Notes under the pieces: generated by a model
Seen by the model: only the letters and a program-made list of their open reading frames with translations
What the model was told of the DNA's origin: nothing
The model's database searches: none
Made by a program: the position numbers and the translations under genes
Shown: positions 29,257 to 38,500 of the stretch, piece by piece
Position numbering within the stretch: the stretch's first letter is position 1
How the letters are laid out: each line of letters opens with the position of its first letter
IMG/VR virus record: IMGVR_UViG_3300037400_002094
Location: 29,893 to 93,892 of that record
DNA from: a virus
Lineage: Duplodnaviria > Caudoviricetes
Direction: 5' to 3' (one strand)
DNA length: 64,000 nt

Positions 29257-29754
29257 ATGTTAGTTTGGGCTTTTAATAAAAATAATAAATCATTTAAATT
29301 GTGCGGAACTTATGAAACAATGTTTCATACAGATAGAAAAGGTGATGAGAAAAGTCGTGTTTATATAAATGAATGCGATTATGAAATACCTAAGGATGTT
29401 GTGGAGAGTCATTTTTCTGATTTACAGTTTAATCCTTTTACAGAGTACAAATTCATTGTTAATAAAGAGAAATACGATGAATATAATTTCTGGGGAAGCT
29501 TTCCATATGGTGGTTTTTTTGTAAGTGCTTGTGTTGTTAATAATGATAACGAAATAATCAAGGACGGATTTTACCCCCAATCAAATAGTTGTGAAATACG
29601 GATTTTAGAGGAATTTTTTAATTGTATCGGATATGATAGCGTTATTGGTAGGTTTAATTGGCGAGAAGTAAAAGAATATGAGGAAAATGGTTATAAACTA
29701 GTTTTATGGTATGGGGCAGCTAAAAATAATGCAATGTTTGTAAAAGAAAGGTAA
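29257..29754 (+). CDS. Hypothetical protein (AT-rich)
   Basis: 165-aa ORF, first after cassette 4. Confidence 0.65.
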   Translation: MLVWAFNKNNKSFKLCGTYETMFHTDRKGDEKSRVYINECDYEIPKDVVESHFSDLQFNPFTEYKFIVNKEKYDEYNFWGSFPYGGFFVSACVVNNDNEIIKDGFYPQSNSCEIRILEEFFNCIGYDSVIGRFNWREVKEYEENGYKLVLWYGAAKNNAMFVKER

Positions 29755-29756
29755 AA

Positions 29757-30842
29757 ATGAAAATAGGAATTTGTTTCGGTGGGTATTGCCCAATGCATCG
29801 TGGACACCTCGATGCCATCATGAGGGCTAAGAAGGAGAATGACAAGGCATTTGTCATCGTCTGCGGGTACGACAATGAGGAACGTGCTGGCAACATCAAC
29901 ATGACGTTGAAGGAGCGCACGGCAATTGTACGTAAAATATTCGAGAAGGACGAGCTTATTACTGTATTGTCCATTAACGACACAGAGCTTGGTATTGACG
30001 AGAGTATGTGTGATAACAACTGGATTGTATGGCAAGAGAAGGTTAAAGAACTAGTTGGTTTTGACAAATACGATTTGTATACTAAATATACTTGGTATGT
30101 TGCAGAGCCTTATTACAAGGAAATGCTGGAGAAACATAACCTTCTTAATGCTCAAACCACACTGATTGATAAGGTTGTGCCTGTAAGTGGTACTGCCATC
30201 CGTGAGAATCCATTGAAGTACTGGAAGTACATTGTTAGGGAGTACCGAAACAACCTGTGTCATAACATCCTTATTACTGGCACTGCTTCTGAGGGTAAGA
30301 CAACCCTAGTGCGTGACATTTCCACGTACTTTGGTATTGACCACTCTGAGGAGTATGGAAGGGATGATTTGCTTGCCAAGTGTAAGACCGACACAGACCT
30401 TACGGCAGATGATTTCATAGACTTCCTTATTGGTCAGAGTGTGGACGTATGTAAGCGTGTAAGGAACAACGACCAGGGTGTGTTTATCTCTGATACTGAC
30501 AACCTTGTTACGCTGATGTATGCACTGGCTTATACAGAAGACCCAAACGTGCCTATCACTAAGGAAGAGTACGATACAAAGGTGCTTCCAGCAGCTAAGT
30601 CACTTGCAGGTCGTGTGAAGTGGGATAAGATTTTCCTGCTGCCTCCAAAGAATAAGTTTGTGGACGATGGCAGTCGCTACATGAAGCAGTCGTCTATCGA
30701 CGAGCGTATTGCCAACTTCAACAAGCTGGTTGAGCTGCTTAAGGAGTTTGGTCTCTGGGAGAAGGTGAAGATTCTTGACGGCGATTTCCTGTCAAATTTC
30801 AACAAGTTAAAGGATTACATTAACAGTTTGTATAATGAGTAA
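29757..30842 (+). CDS. nadR: Bifunctional NMN adenylyltransferase / ribosylnicotinamide kinase (NadR without HTH)
   Basis: FGGYCPMHRGH (HxGH nucleotidyltransferase), VSGTAIRENP, P-loop GTASEGKTT, EEYGR, DTD, FVDDGSR. Confidence 0.9.
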   Translation: MKIGICFGGYCPMHRGHLDAIMRAKKENDKAFVIVCGYDNEERAGNINMTLKERTAIVRKIFEKDELITVLSINDTELGIDESMCDNNWIVWQEKVKELVGFDKYDLYTKYTWYVAEPYYKEMLEKHNLLNAQTTLIDKVVPVSGTAIRENPLKYWKYIVREYRNNLCHNILITGTASEGKTTLVRDISTYFGIDHSEEYGRDDLLAKCKTDTDLTADDFIDFLIGQSVDVCKRVRNNDQGVFISDTDNLVTLMYALAYTEDPNVPITKEEYDTKVLPAAKSLAGRVKWDKIFLLPPKNKFVDDGSRYMKQSSIDERIANFNKLVELLKEFGLWEKVKILDGDFLSNFNKLKDYINSLYNE

Positions 30843-31500
30843 GAGTTTTTCGGACATAGTGAGGCTTGAGGGTACTCATGCTGGCGTGAATTTCAGCGTG
30901 TTCTTCATCCTTCTTGGCGTGTTGACACAGGGACTTGCATTCAAATTCAGTGGCGGTAGTGAGTTGTCATTGATTAGCGGATGCCTTGGTATCATATCCG
31001 TTGTATTGTGCAGTCAGAGAAAGATTTCATTCTATATCTTTGGTTTTGCACAGCTTATCACATATGTCATATTATGTGTGAATGAGAAACTGTATGGAGA
31101 AATAGCCGAGAATGCTTTTTATTTCGTCACAATGCTCTTCGGATTGTTCCATTGGATAAAGCACTACAATGAGAATGAAATAGCCGTAAAGACGAGAAAA
31201 ATGACTCACTTGCAGAATGTGTGGGTATTCATAGCTACTGTGTTCGGAACGCTTATGTTGTACACTGGATTAATGAGAACTGATGACAGCCAGCCACTAA
31301 TGGATGCAATTACCACTCTTCCAGCGTTTGTAGCCCAAATCCTTATGATATTCAGATTCAAGGAGAGTTGGTTCTACTGGTTTATAATTGATGTTGGTAG
31401 TATTATAATGTGGAGTATTGCTGGTGACTGGTGTATGGTATTGCAGTTTGTATTCTGGACTATCAATTGTATCTATGGCTATTATAAGTGGAGTGATTGA
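30835..31500 (+). CDS. pnuC: Nicotinamide riboside transporter, PnuC family
   Basis: Multiple TM segments; LYGE...YF...GLFHW, PLMDAITT, AQILM...ESWFYWFIID, NCIYGYYKW; overlaps the nadR stop. Confidence 0.9.
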   Translation: MSKSFSDIVRLEGTHAGVNFSVFFILLGVLTQGLAFKFSGGSELSLISGCLGIISVVLCSQRKISFYIFGFAQLITYVILCVNEKLYGEIAENAFYFVTMLFGLFHWIKHYNENEIAVKTRKMTHLQNVWVFIATVFGTLMLYTGLMRTDDSQPLMDAITTLPAFVAQILMIFRFKESWFYWFIIDVGSIIMWSIAGDWCMVLQFVFWTINCIYGYYKWSD

Positions 31501-31502
31501 CT

Positions 31503-32366
31503 ATGATTAAGTATAATGTAAACACATGTGACCAGATTGAGAATGAATTGCAGATTCATTTTACAAAGCTGTGTCCTAATAAATGCCCATTCTGTGTAGA
31601 TGCGTTGAATAAGGGACTCCATAATGCGATTAAGAGACCAGATGTGAATGCCATCTATCAGAGGGTATATGAGAACAGGGGTAAGATTAACTCTATCTGT
31701 ATTAGTGGTGGAGAGCCTATGCTTTTCATAGATGATGTGTTGGATTTAATTCGTAAGGTTAAGTCCAGCACCAACCTTAAGGTATATGTCATTACATCAG
31801 TGCCAGAACAGTGTTACCAGTACAAGTATGCGTTCTACAATATCCTTGATGAGTGTGATGGCATGGCAATATCGCCTCAGCACTATAATGAGGAGATTGG
31901 AGACCAGATACGTGGTCATAAGTCAACATTCGACAGACAGGGATTCTATCGCAGCATCGAGGACAAGAGCAAGATTACCATGAACATCAATATGGTGAAG
32001 CCATACTTGTGTGACAAGGACGAAATCTGCAAGTGTATCGAGCATTATAACCAGATGGGTTTCAAGAACATCAAGCTGGTTGAGCTGTTCGACAGACCAG
32101 ATATGTTTGTTTCGTTTGAGAAGACGTTTGGTGTGAAACTAAAGTCACCGTTTGCACACGGTTGTAAGACCGAGTTTGATATTACGCCATATATACCTTC
32201 GTATGATGGCAAGTTCATCCTAAAGAGAACGTGTTTCCTTGTGAACAAGTGTGTTCACGCTACCTTGGCTGATACACTGAAGGCTGCTACCAGGAACATC
32301 TTTGGGAAGGAATACTACTTTGGTGTCGTCTATGAGGATGGAAGTCTTCATCCTTATTGGATTTGA
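31503..32366 (+). CDS. Radical SAM enzyme of unknown function
   Basis: CPNKCPFC (CxxxCxxC), ISGGEP; a few further C-terminal Cys; starts 2 nt after the pnuC stop. Confidence 0.88.
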   Translation: MIKYNVNTCDQIENELQIHFTKLCPNKCPFCVDALNKGLHNAIKRPDVNAIYQRVYENRGKINSICISGGEPMLFIDDVLDLIRKVKSSTNLKVYVITSVPEQCYQYKYAFYNILDECDGMAISPQHYNEEIGDQIRGHKSTFDRQGFYRSIEDKSKITMNINMVKPYLCDKDEICKCIEHYNQMGFKNIKLVELFDRPDMFVSFEKTFGVKLKSPFAHGCKTEFDITPYIPSYDGKFILKRTCFLVNKCVHATLADTLKAATRNIFGKEYYFGVVYEDGSLHPYWI

Positions 32367-32370
32367 CGGA

Positions 32371-32380
32371 TATTTATAAA
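32371..32380 (+). promoter_or_regulatory. Putative late promoter
   Basis: TATTTATAAA between the rSAM stop and the peptide ATG. Confidence 0.5.
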
Positions 32381-32398
32381 CATAAAACATATAAGGTT

Positions 32399-32734
32399 AT
32401 GGGAAAACTTATTCTAATTGAGGAAGGCGAGCTTAAGAAAATGATAAGCGAAGCTGTCACCAATGCGGTTGATGGTATCACTAAGAAGATTACGACTCGT
32501 GCAGCAAGGGCAAACAGAAACATGCTGTTTGTGCCTCCTGTTGTTAATCCTTTTGACGATGATGACGATGATGACTGTGGTTACAGTTGTGGTAGTAGTC
32601 GTTCTGTAGGAGGATGCGGTTCTGATAGCCATTATGACTACAGCTATGGTGGTTGTGGGTCTGGCGGTGGGGGTTGTGGCTCTTCATCACCTTCATACGG
32701 TGGTTGTGGTTATAATGATAGTGGCCGTTGTTAA
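32399..32734 (+). CDS. Gly/Cys/Ser/Tyr-repeat peptide; candidate RiPP precursor or metal-binding peptide
   Basis: 111 aa from ATG 32399: helical leader, D7 tract, core CGYSCG...VGGCGS...YGGCGSGGGGCGS...YGGCGY...GRC (7 Cys). Confidence 0.7.
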   Translation: MGKLILIEEGELKKMISEAVTNAVDGITKKITTRAARANRNMLFVPPVVNPFDDDDDDDCGYSCGSSRSVGGCGSDSHYDYSYGGCGSGGGGCGSSSPSYGGCGYNDSGRC

Positions 32735-32752
32735 GAAATTATTTTACTCTAT

Positions 32753-32782
32753 AAAATGCAGTCAGAAATGGCTGCATTTTTT
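32753..32782 (+). terminator. Intrinsic terminator closing the accessory island
   Basis: AAAATGCAGTCA-GAAA-TGGCTGCATTTT plus TT. Confidence 0.85.
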
Positions 32783-32843
32783 GTTTATATTACATCGAAA
32801 AAAGTTAAATTTTATATACTTATAGGTAATAATTTATGATATA

Positions 32844-33233
32844 ATGGCTAAGAAACAGTTTTTTGGTGTTAAGTTCCCATTTTTGACAGATAATGGGAGA
32901 CATTTTTACGTTGCTGCGAACGAAACCATCGCAGACAAGGTAAAGAGTCAGCTCATGCATATTGTGTTTACACCTAAGGGTCAGAGAATTAGGAATCCAG
33001 AGTTTGGAACAGACCTCATCAAGTTCATATTCGACCAGAATGATGGTACTACTTGGGAGGCTGTTAAGACTGAGGTTAGTGAATCAGTTGCAAGATGGTC
33101 TAATAACCTGTCTTTGAAGGAGATAAAAGTAGTGAAGAGTGAGGAAGACGAATCACAGGTATTCGTTAGGATTGACTATAGCGTTACAGAAGGTAACAAG
33201 GTGACTAATGACAGTATAGTAGTAGAGATATAA
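32844..33233 (+). CDS. Baseplate wedge subunit (T4 gp25 / GPW-like)
   Basis: FTPKGQRIRNPEFGTDL motif; preceded by the variant late motif TACTTATAG. Confidence 0.85.
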   Translation: MAKKQFFGVKFPFLTDNGRHFYVAANETIADKVKSQLMHIVFTPKGQRIRNPEFGTDLIKFIFDQNDGTTWEAVKTEVSESVARWSNNLSLKEIKVVKSEEDESQVFVRIDYSVTEGNKVTNDSIVVEI

Positions 33234-33234
33234 A

Positions 33235-35259
33235 ATGGAAAAGAAGATTAATTATCTGAGCAGGGATTTTGCCAGTATAAAGGAAGAACTTATAAAATTC
33301 AGTAATCAGTACTACCCAGAGGTGGCTGATGACTTTGCTGATTCCAGCGTTGGTGCGTGGTTTATAGACCTAGTATCAGCAGTTGGTGATGACCTTAGTT
33401 ACCATACCGACAGGATGTTCCAGGAGACGAACATCAACAGCGCAAGCTTGAAGAGTACACTTCTCAACCTTGCTAGGGCTAATGGCGTGAAAGTACCAGG
33501 TCCTAAGGCATCCATGTGCGAGGTTGAACTCAGTTGTGTCCTTCCTGTTAATACAAATCCTAGCATAGCCGAGCCAGACTGGAACTATGCCCCTATATTA
33601 CAGAGGACCAGTATTGTTTCTGCTGGTGACATAAATTTTGAACTCAGTGAGGATGTAAATTTCTTTAACCAGTTCAATGAGGATGGCATATCTAACAGAA
33701 AAATCATGCCTGTAAGGGATACGAATGGAAATGTTACTGGATATAACGTTACAAAATCTACCATAGTAGTGAACGGAAATACAAAGGTGTACAAGAAGGT
33801 AATATATTCATCTGACCTCAAGCCTTTTATGGAAATCGTACTACCAGAAGTAAACGTAATGAACATTGAATCAATTATATTCAAAGAGACCAGTGATGTT
33901 TCAACCTCACCTAGAATATATGAGTATTATATTGATGCTGAGGAGTTTAGACTTTCAAAGGATGCTGTAATGACATACAGGTACTTCGAGGTTGACTCAC
34001 TTGCAGACCAGTATAGGTTTGGTATGATATCATCATTCCAGGTTGAGGGTAACAGGGTAATAAACAACATATACAGTCCGCATATCTATGACGATTACAC
34101 TGAAAAACAGTATGATTCTAGTGGTAACGTAATAAGCGAGAGTACAAGTAGGTATTATCGTGGAAAGTGGAAGCCACTGACCCAGAAGTTCATAACAGAG
34201 TTCACCGATAATGGATATCTTAAGATTATATTCGGTGCTGGAAATGGGTACGGTGTAGTACCAGAGAAAGAGGACCCTTATGCTGACTATGTTGCATCCA
34301 ATATTATAAACAACGATATGCTTGGCGTACTTCCAAAGGAAGGTTGGACGATGTATGTTCTTTATCGTGTCGGAGGAGGTGCTTCATCAAACATAGGACC
34401 TGGTGCAATCAACACCATAGCACTTGCAAACGTTGACTGGGGTGGAAATACTGGAAACACCAATGGTAGTAAGAGAGGTGACGTGATTTCTTCACTCGCT
34501 GTAACTAACATTTCAACAGCATTGGCTGGTAAGGATGCCCCATCAAATGAGGAGATTAAGTATCTTATAAAATATAATACCACAGCACAGAACAGAGCGG
34601 TAACGGTTAAGGATTACAAGGTTAAGCTAATGCAGATGCCACCTAAGTTCGGTGCCCCATTCAGAAACACAGTAATTGAGGCCAATAATAAGATTGAGAT
34701 GAGTTTCCTTGGTGTTAACTCAATCGGAAAGCTTGATTCTTATCTCCCTCAGACGCTTGTTGAGAACATCCTGGAGTATATGTCCAACTACAAGCAGATA
34801 AACGATTACATCGAAGTTAAAAGCGGTAGAATCTACAATATCGGTGTTGAACTTGAGCTGTTCATTGACAAGAACTATAATGTCGGTGATGTAATACAGA
34901 ATGTAATCAACACTGTGTATGCTTATTTCAACATAGATGACCATGATATGGGTGATGACATATTCGTTGGAGACCTTGAGAAGACTATAACACTCACAGA
35001 CGGTGTTATAAGCCTCATAGACCTTCGAATACACAAGATATGGAATGGCAGCTACAGTGCGGATAAATGCCCTCTCCCAGAGCTTGTAAGGAACAGTTCG
35101 TGTGACGGCATAAAGGAGAGCAGCTTCAAGATTGAGGACGCTGATGTGGCAGAGATTGACCTTGAGAAGATTGACAGGGTGCTGTACGGAGATTATAATT
35201 CAATGTACGAGATTAAGAACCCTACCATTGACATACAGGTTAAGTGTAAAATTAGATAA
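33235..35259 (+). CDS. Baseplate wedge protein (T4 gp6 / baseplate J-like)
   Basis: INYLSRDFASIK...DLVSAVGDDLSYHTD; IIFGAG; YRVGGG; AQNRAVTVKDY. Confidence 0.85.
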   Translation: MEKKINYLSRDFASIKEELIKFSNQYYPEVADDFADSSVGAWFIDLVSAVGDDLSYHTDRMFQETNINSASLKSTLLNLARANGVKVPGPKASMCEVELSCVLPVNTNPSIAEPDWNYAPILQRTSIVSAGDINFELSEDVNFFNQFNEDGISNRKIMPVRDTNGNVTGYNVTKSTIVVNGNTKVYKKVIYSSDLKPFMEIVLPEVNVMNIESIIFKETSDVSTSPRIYEYYIDAEEFRLSKDAVMTYRYFEVDSLADQYRFGMISSFQVEGNRVINNIYSPHIYDDYTEKQYDSSGNVISESTSRYYRGKWKPLTQKFITEFTDNGYLKIIFGAGNGYGVVPEKEDPYADYVASNIINNDMLGVLPKEGWTMYVLYRVGGGASSNIGPGAINTIALANVDWGGNTGNTNGSKRGDVISSLAVTNISTALAGKDAPSNEEIKYLIKYNTTAQNRAVTVKDYKVKLMQMPPKFGAPFRNTVIEANNKIEMSFLGVNSIGKLDSYLPQTLVENILEYMSNYKQINDYIEVKSGRIYNIGVELELFIDKNYNVGDVIQNVINTVYAYFNIDDHDMGDDIFVGDLEKTITLTDGVISLIDLRIHKIWNGSYSADKCPLPELVRNSSCDGIKESSFKIEDADVAEIDLEKIDRVLYGDYNSMYEIKNPTIDIQVKCKIR

Positions 35260-35276
35260 TAAAAGAATATAGTGTT

Positions 35277-35513
35277 ATGGCATGTAATTGCAAACGTGGT
35301 CTTGAAATACAGGATAAGTATGGAGTCAAGGAAGAAGAGAGTTTCGTTGAAAAGTCTTATAGACTTCTATGGAAAGTAGTAATATTTTTTATCATAATAG
35401 CACTTGGCGTGGTTGTTACACCAATAGTTATCATCGTTGTGATATACAACTTTTTCTTCGGAAAGAACAAGGGAATAGTGTTCCCAACGCAATTAGCTAA
35501 ATATCTCAAGTAA
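35277..35513 (+). CDS. Small single-TM protein with N-terminal CxC
   Basis: MACNCKR... followed by a long hydrophobic segment. Confidence 0.65.
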   Translation: MACNCKRGLEIQDKYGVKEEESFVEKSYRLLWKVVIFFIIIALGVVVTPIVIIVVIYNFFFGKNKGIVFPTQLAKYLK

Positions 35514-35516
35514 TTT

Positions 35517-38500
35517 ATGGAAAAAAGTTATAGAATACATACAAACATAAGTACTGATACCATTCTTAATGTCAACATGAAACAGGATTTCGACTTTATG
35601 GAAATCCTTTCCCTTAAGTTGACCCAGAATGATTCGTACAGACTACACTCTTCCAATTATGGCGTTATAATTGGAAGGGTTCTTGCTAATGATGCGTTTG
35701 GTATTCCAAATGCAAAGGTATCCATTTTCATCGAGAGGGACATGAATGACCCAGTTGACATGGAGAACATATATCCATACAGCGAGGTCACTTCAACCGA
35801 TGATGAAGGAAGGAGATACAACCTGCTTCCAGACTATAGCGACGACGATTGCTATAGGGTGGTAGGTACGTTCCCAGACAAGAGATATTTGCTTGATGAC
35901 GACATACAGCTTGAGGTTTACGACAAATATTACAAATACACCACCGTTACAAATAACGCTGGTGACTATATGATATTTGGCGTTCCTTCTGGAAACCAGA
36001 CGCTTCACGTTGACATTGACCTGTCTGATATTGGTATATTGTCACAGAAGCCAAGAGACTTCACATACAGAGGCTATGACCTGTCAGAATTTGACAGTCC
36101 AAGCCAGTTTAAGGAAAGCACCAATCTGGATAGCCTAACGCAAATTTTTTCACAAGATAAGAGTGTATATGTATATCCGTTCTGGGGTGATGCAACGAAC
36201 GGTATTGCAGCGATAACAAGATGTGATATACAGATAGCATATAAGTTCGAGCCAACATGTGTATTCATGGGTTCGATAATTTCTGACAATGAAGGTAACT
36301 CCATTGGTCATAGGTGTGCCCCTAATGTAAACAATGGTATGAATGAACAGCTTGTTGCAGGACAGGGTACAATTGAAATGATTCGTAAGACCACAGACGG
36401 TCTTGTTGAGGAGTATCCAATACAAGGTAATGCTCTTATTGACAGTGACGGCGTATGGTGCTACCAGATACCAATGAACCTTGATTATGTCGGAACTGAT
36501 GAGTATGGTAACATTGTACCTACCGATAACCCTAAGAAGGGTATACCAACCAGGACACAGGTAAGGTTCAGATTCAGCAAGACTGAGACTGGTGACGAGG
36601 GGTTCTCAAGGCATACTGCAAAGTATCTTGTGCCTATGAATCCAGTGACTTATGAAGGAAGTGATAAAGCTGGTCAAGTAGTTCCAATGACGCAGGAACA
36701 GACTGGTGTTGAGATAGAGAAGATGTATAATTTCGGTTCTGCAACCCCTCAGAGCTGTTTCCGTGACCTTTATTGGAACAATGTATATAGTGTAAAGAAT
36801 TTTATACCTAAAATACAGGTTGCATACAGACCTTATGCGCCTAACTATTCGGCGTTAAAAGGTTCTAACCTTGTAGAAGACCAGAACCCTGTTCCATTCA
36901 ATAAGTTGAGAATTGATATACCATTTACATATATGATTGTGTGTATTCTTTTCACAATCGTAATGATTATAATACATTTTATTAACACACTTATCTGGAT
37001 TATACAGAGAATTAGAGGTCTTTGTCTTGGATTTAAAATTTTTGGTAAAAGAATTGAAATATGCCCGTTTAAGGTGATTATCCCTAAGTTCGGATGTATA
37101 CCTTTGTCAGCAGGTCTTACAGAGGGTAACGTGGCATATTATCCTGGATGTCATTGTCCAGACAGTGATGCATGTAGAAACGCAAGCTGTCCAGAGGATA
37201 TGGAGGGTGATTGTGTAAAGAGTTCTGATAACAGTGAACTTAAAGACAAGATACAGCAGAACCTTGCAAAGGATTACAAGATTATTAAGCTGGACTTCTA
37301 CCAGGACTGGCTTAACGGTTCATTGTATATGCCATTGTGGTACTGGAGAAAGAGGAAGAAGAAGAAGTTCCTTTTCTTCACCATAAGCGGTGCAAAGAAC
37401 GAGTTCTGTGACTGTGATAAGACATATTCAAAGCTTAAGACGTTTGTTACCTGTAACATGGTGTATAAGACAAACGGTCTTGGTACGGATAATAAGACAA
37501 TCGACCTTGATGAGGATAGGTGGCACAAGAGAAGAGCACAGCGTGTGTGGTTCAAGAACGGTGTCATAAAAGGAGTTGAGAACAGGGACGGTCTTACAGC
37601 TTATTACTACACGGCATACCAGGCTAACAGAGAGGATAAAGCTGATAAGGAAATCCTTCAGAGAACAAACAGATTCCTGTATGTAAGACTGTATGCTACT
37701 GACATTATATTGCTTGGTAATCTGAATGAAAATAATCTTTACGGAATACCACAGCTTTACACGGCGTTGCCATCAACAACGGCGAACATACCTCCTATTG
37801 CATCAGTTGAGGAGTCTTTGACTGATAATGAAAAGGAAAAGTCAGAAGTACCAAGAAACGATACTGCTGGTGATTCGGAGGACAGTGGAACAACCATAAC
37901 TACTGGAATGGACTGGGGGCACGAGGGAGGCTCACAAGTGCCAAGATACAGGAAGGGACTATTCATGGACTTGGCGTGTGCATATGCTGCAACCAGGTCT
38001 AAGTCTTGTATCAACGTTGAGCGTCTAAGTGAATTAGGCGTTAACCCAGACATGAAGTTCAAGATGTCATATTCTGAAAATGGAAATGAGGTTAAGACTG
38101 GTGCTATTGATGCTGACGGATTCATAAACAAGTATGAGCTTGATGATATGGATAACAGGGCTGCTTTCGCAACGCTTAACCACATCGGATTCATACCGCA
38201 AGACTACCAGGATAGTATAGACAGTTATACAACACAGATACAGGATGAGAATACTGGATATTTAGTGCCTAAGTTCAAGTATATCTACCCTGTTGATTTC
38301 GACGGCAGGCTTGAGCTTATAATGAAGACGTATAAGCGTGGATTTGAACAGGCAACGTATGATATGGCAGACGATTCCTATGTGACTTTCAGACTTGGTG
38401 CTGAGGGTGGTGACAAACCTAATGAAAACTCTGAGAAGAGAATACGTCACTATTATTTCACTGATAATGGATTTGACATGCCTTTATACAATAATTCCTT

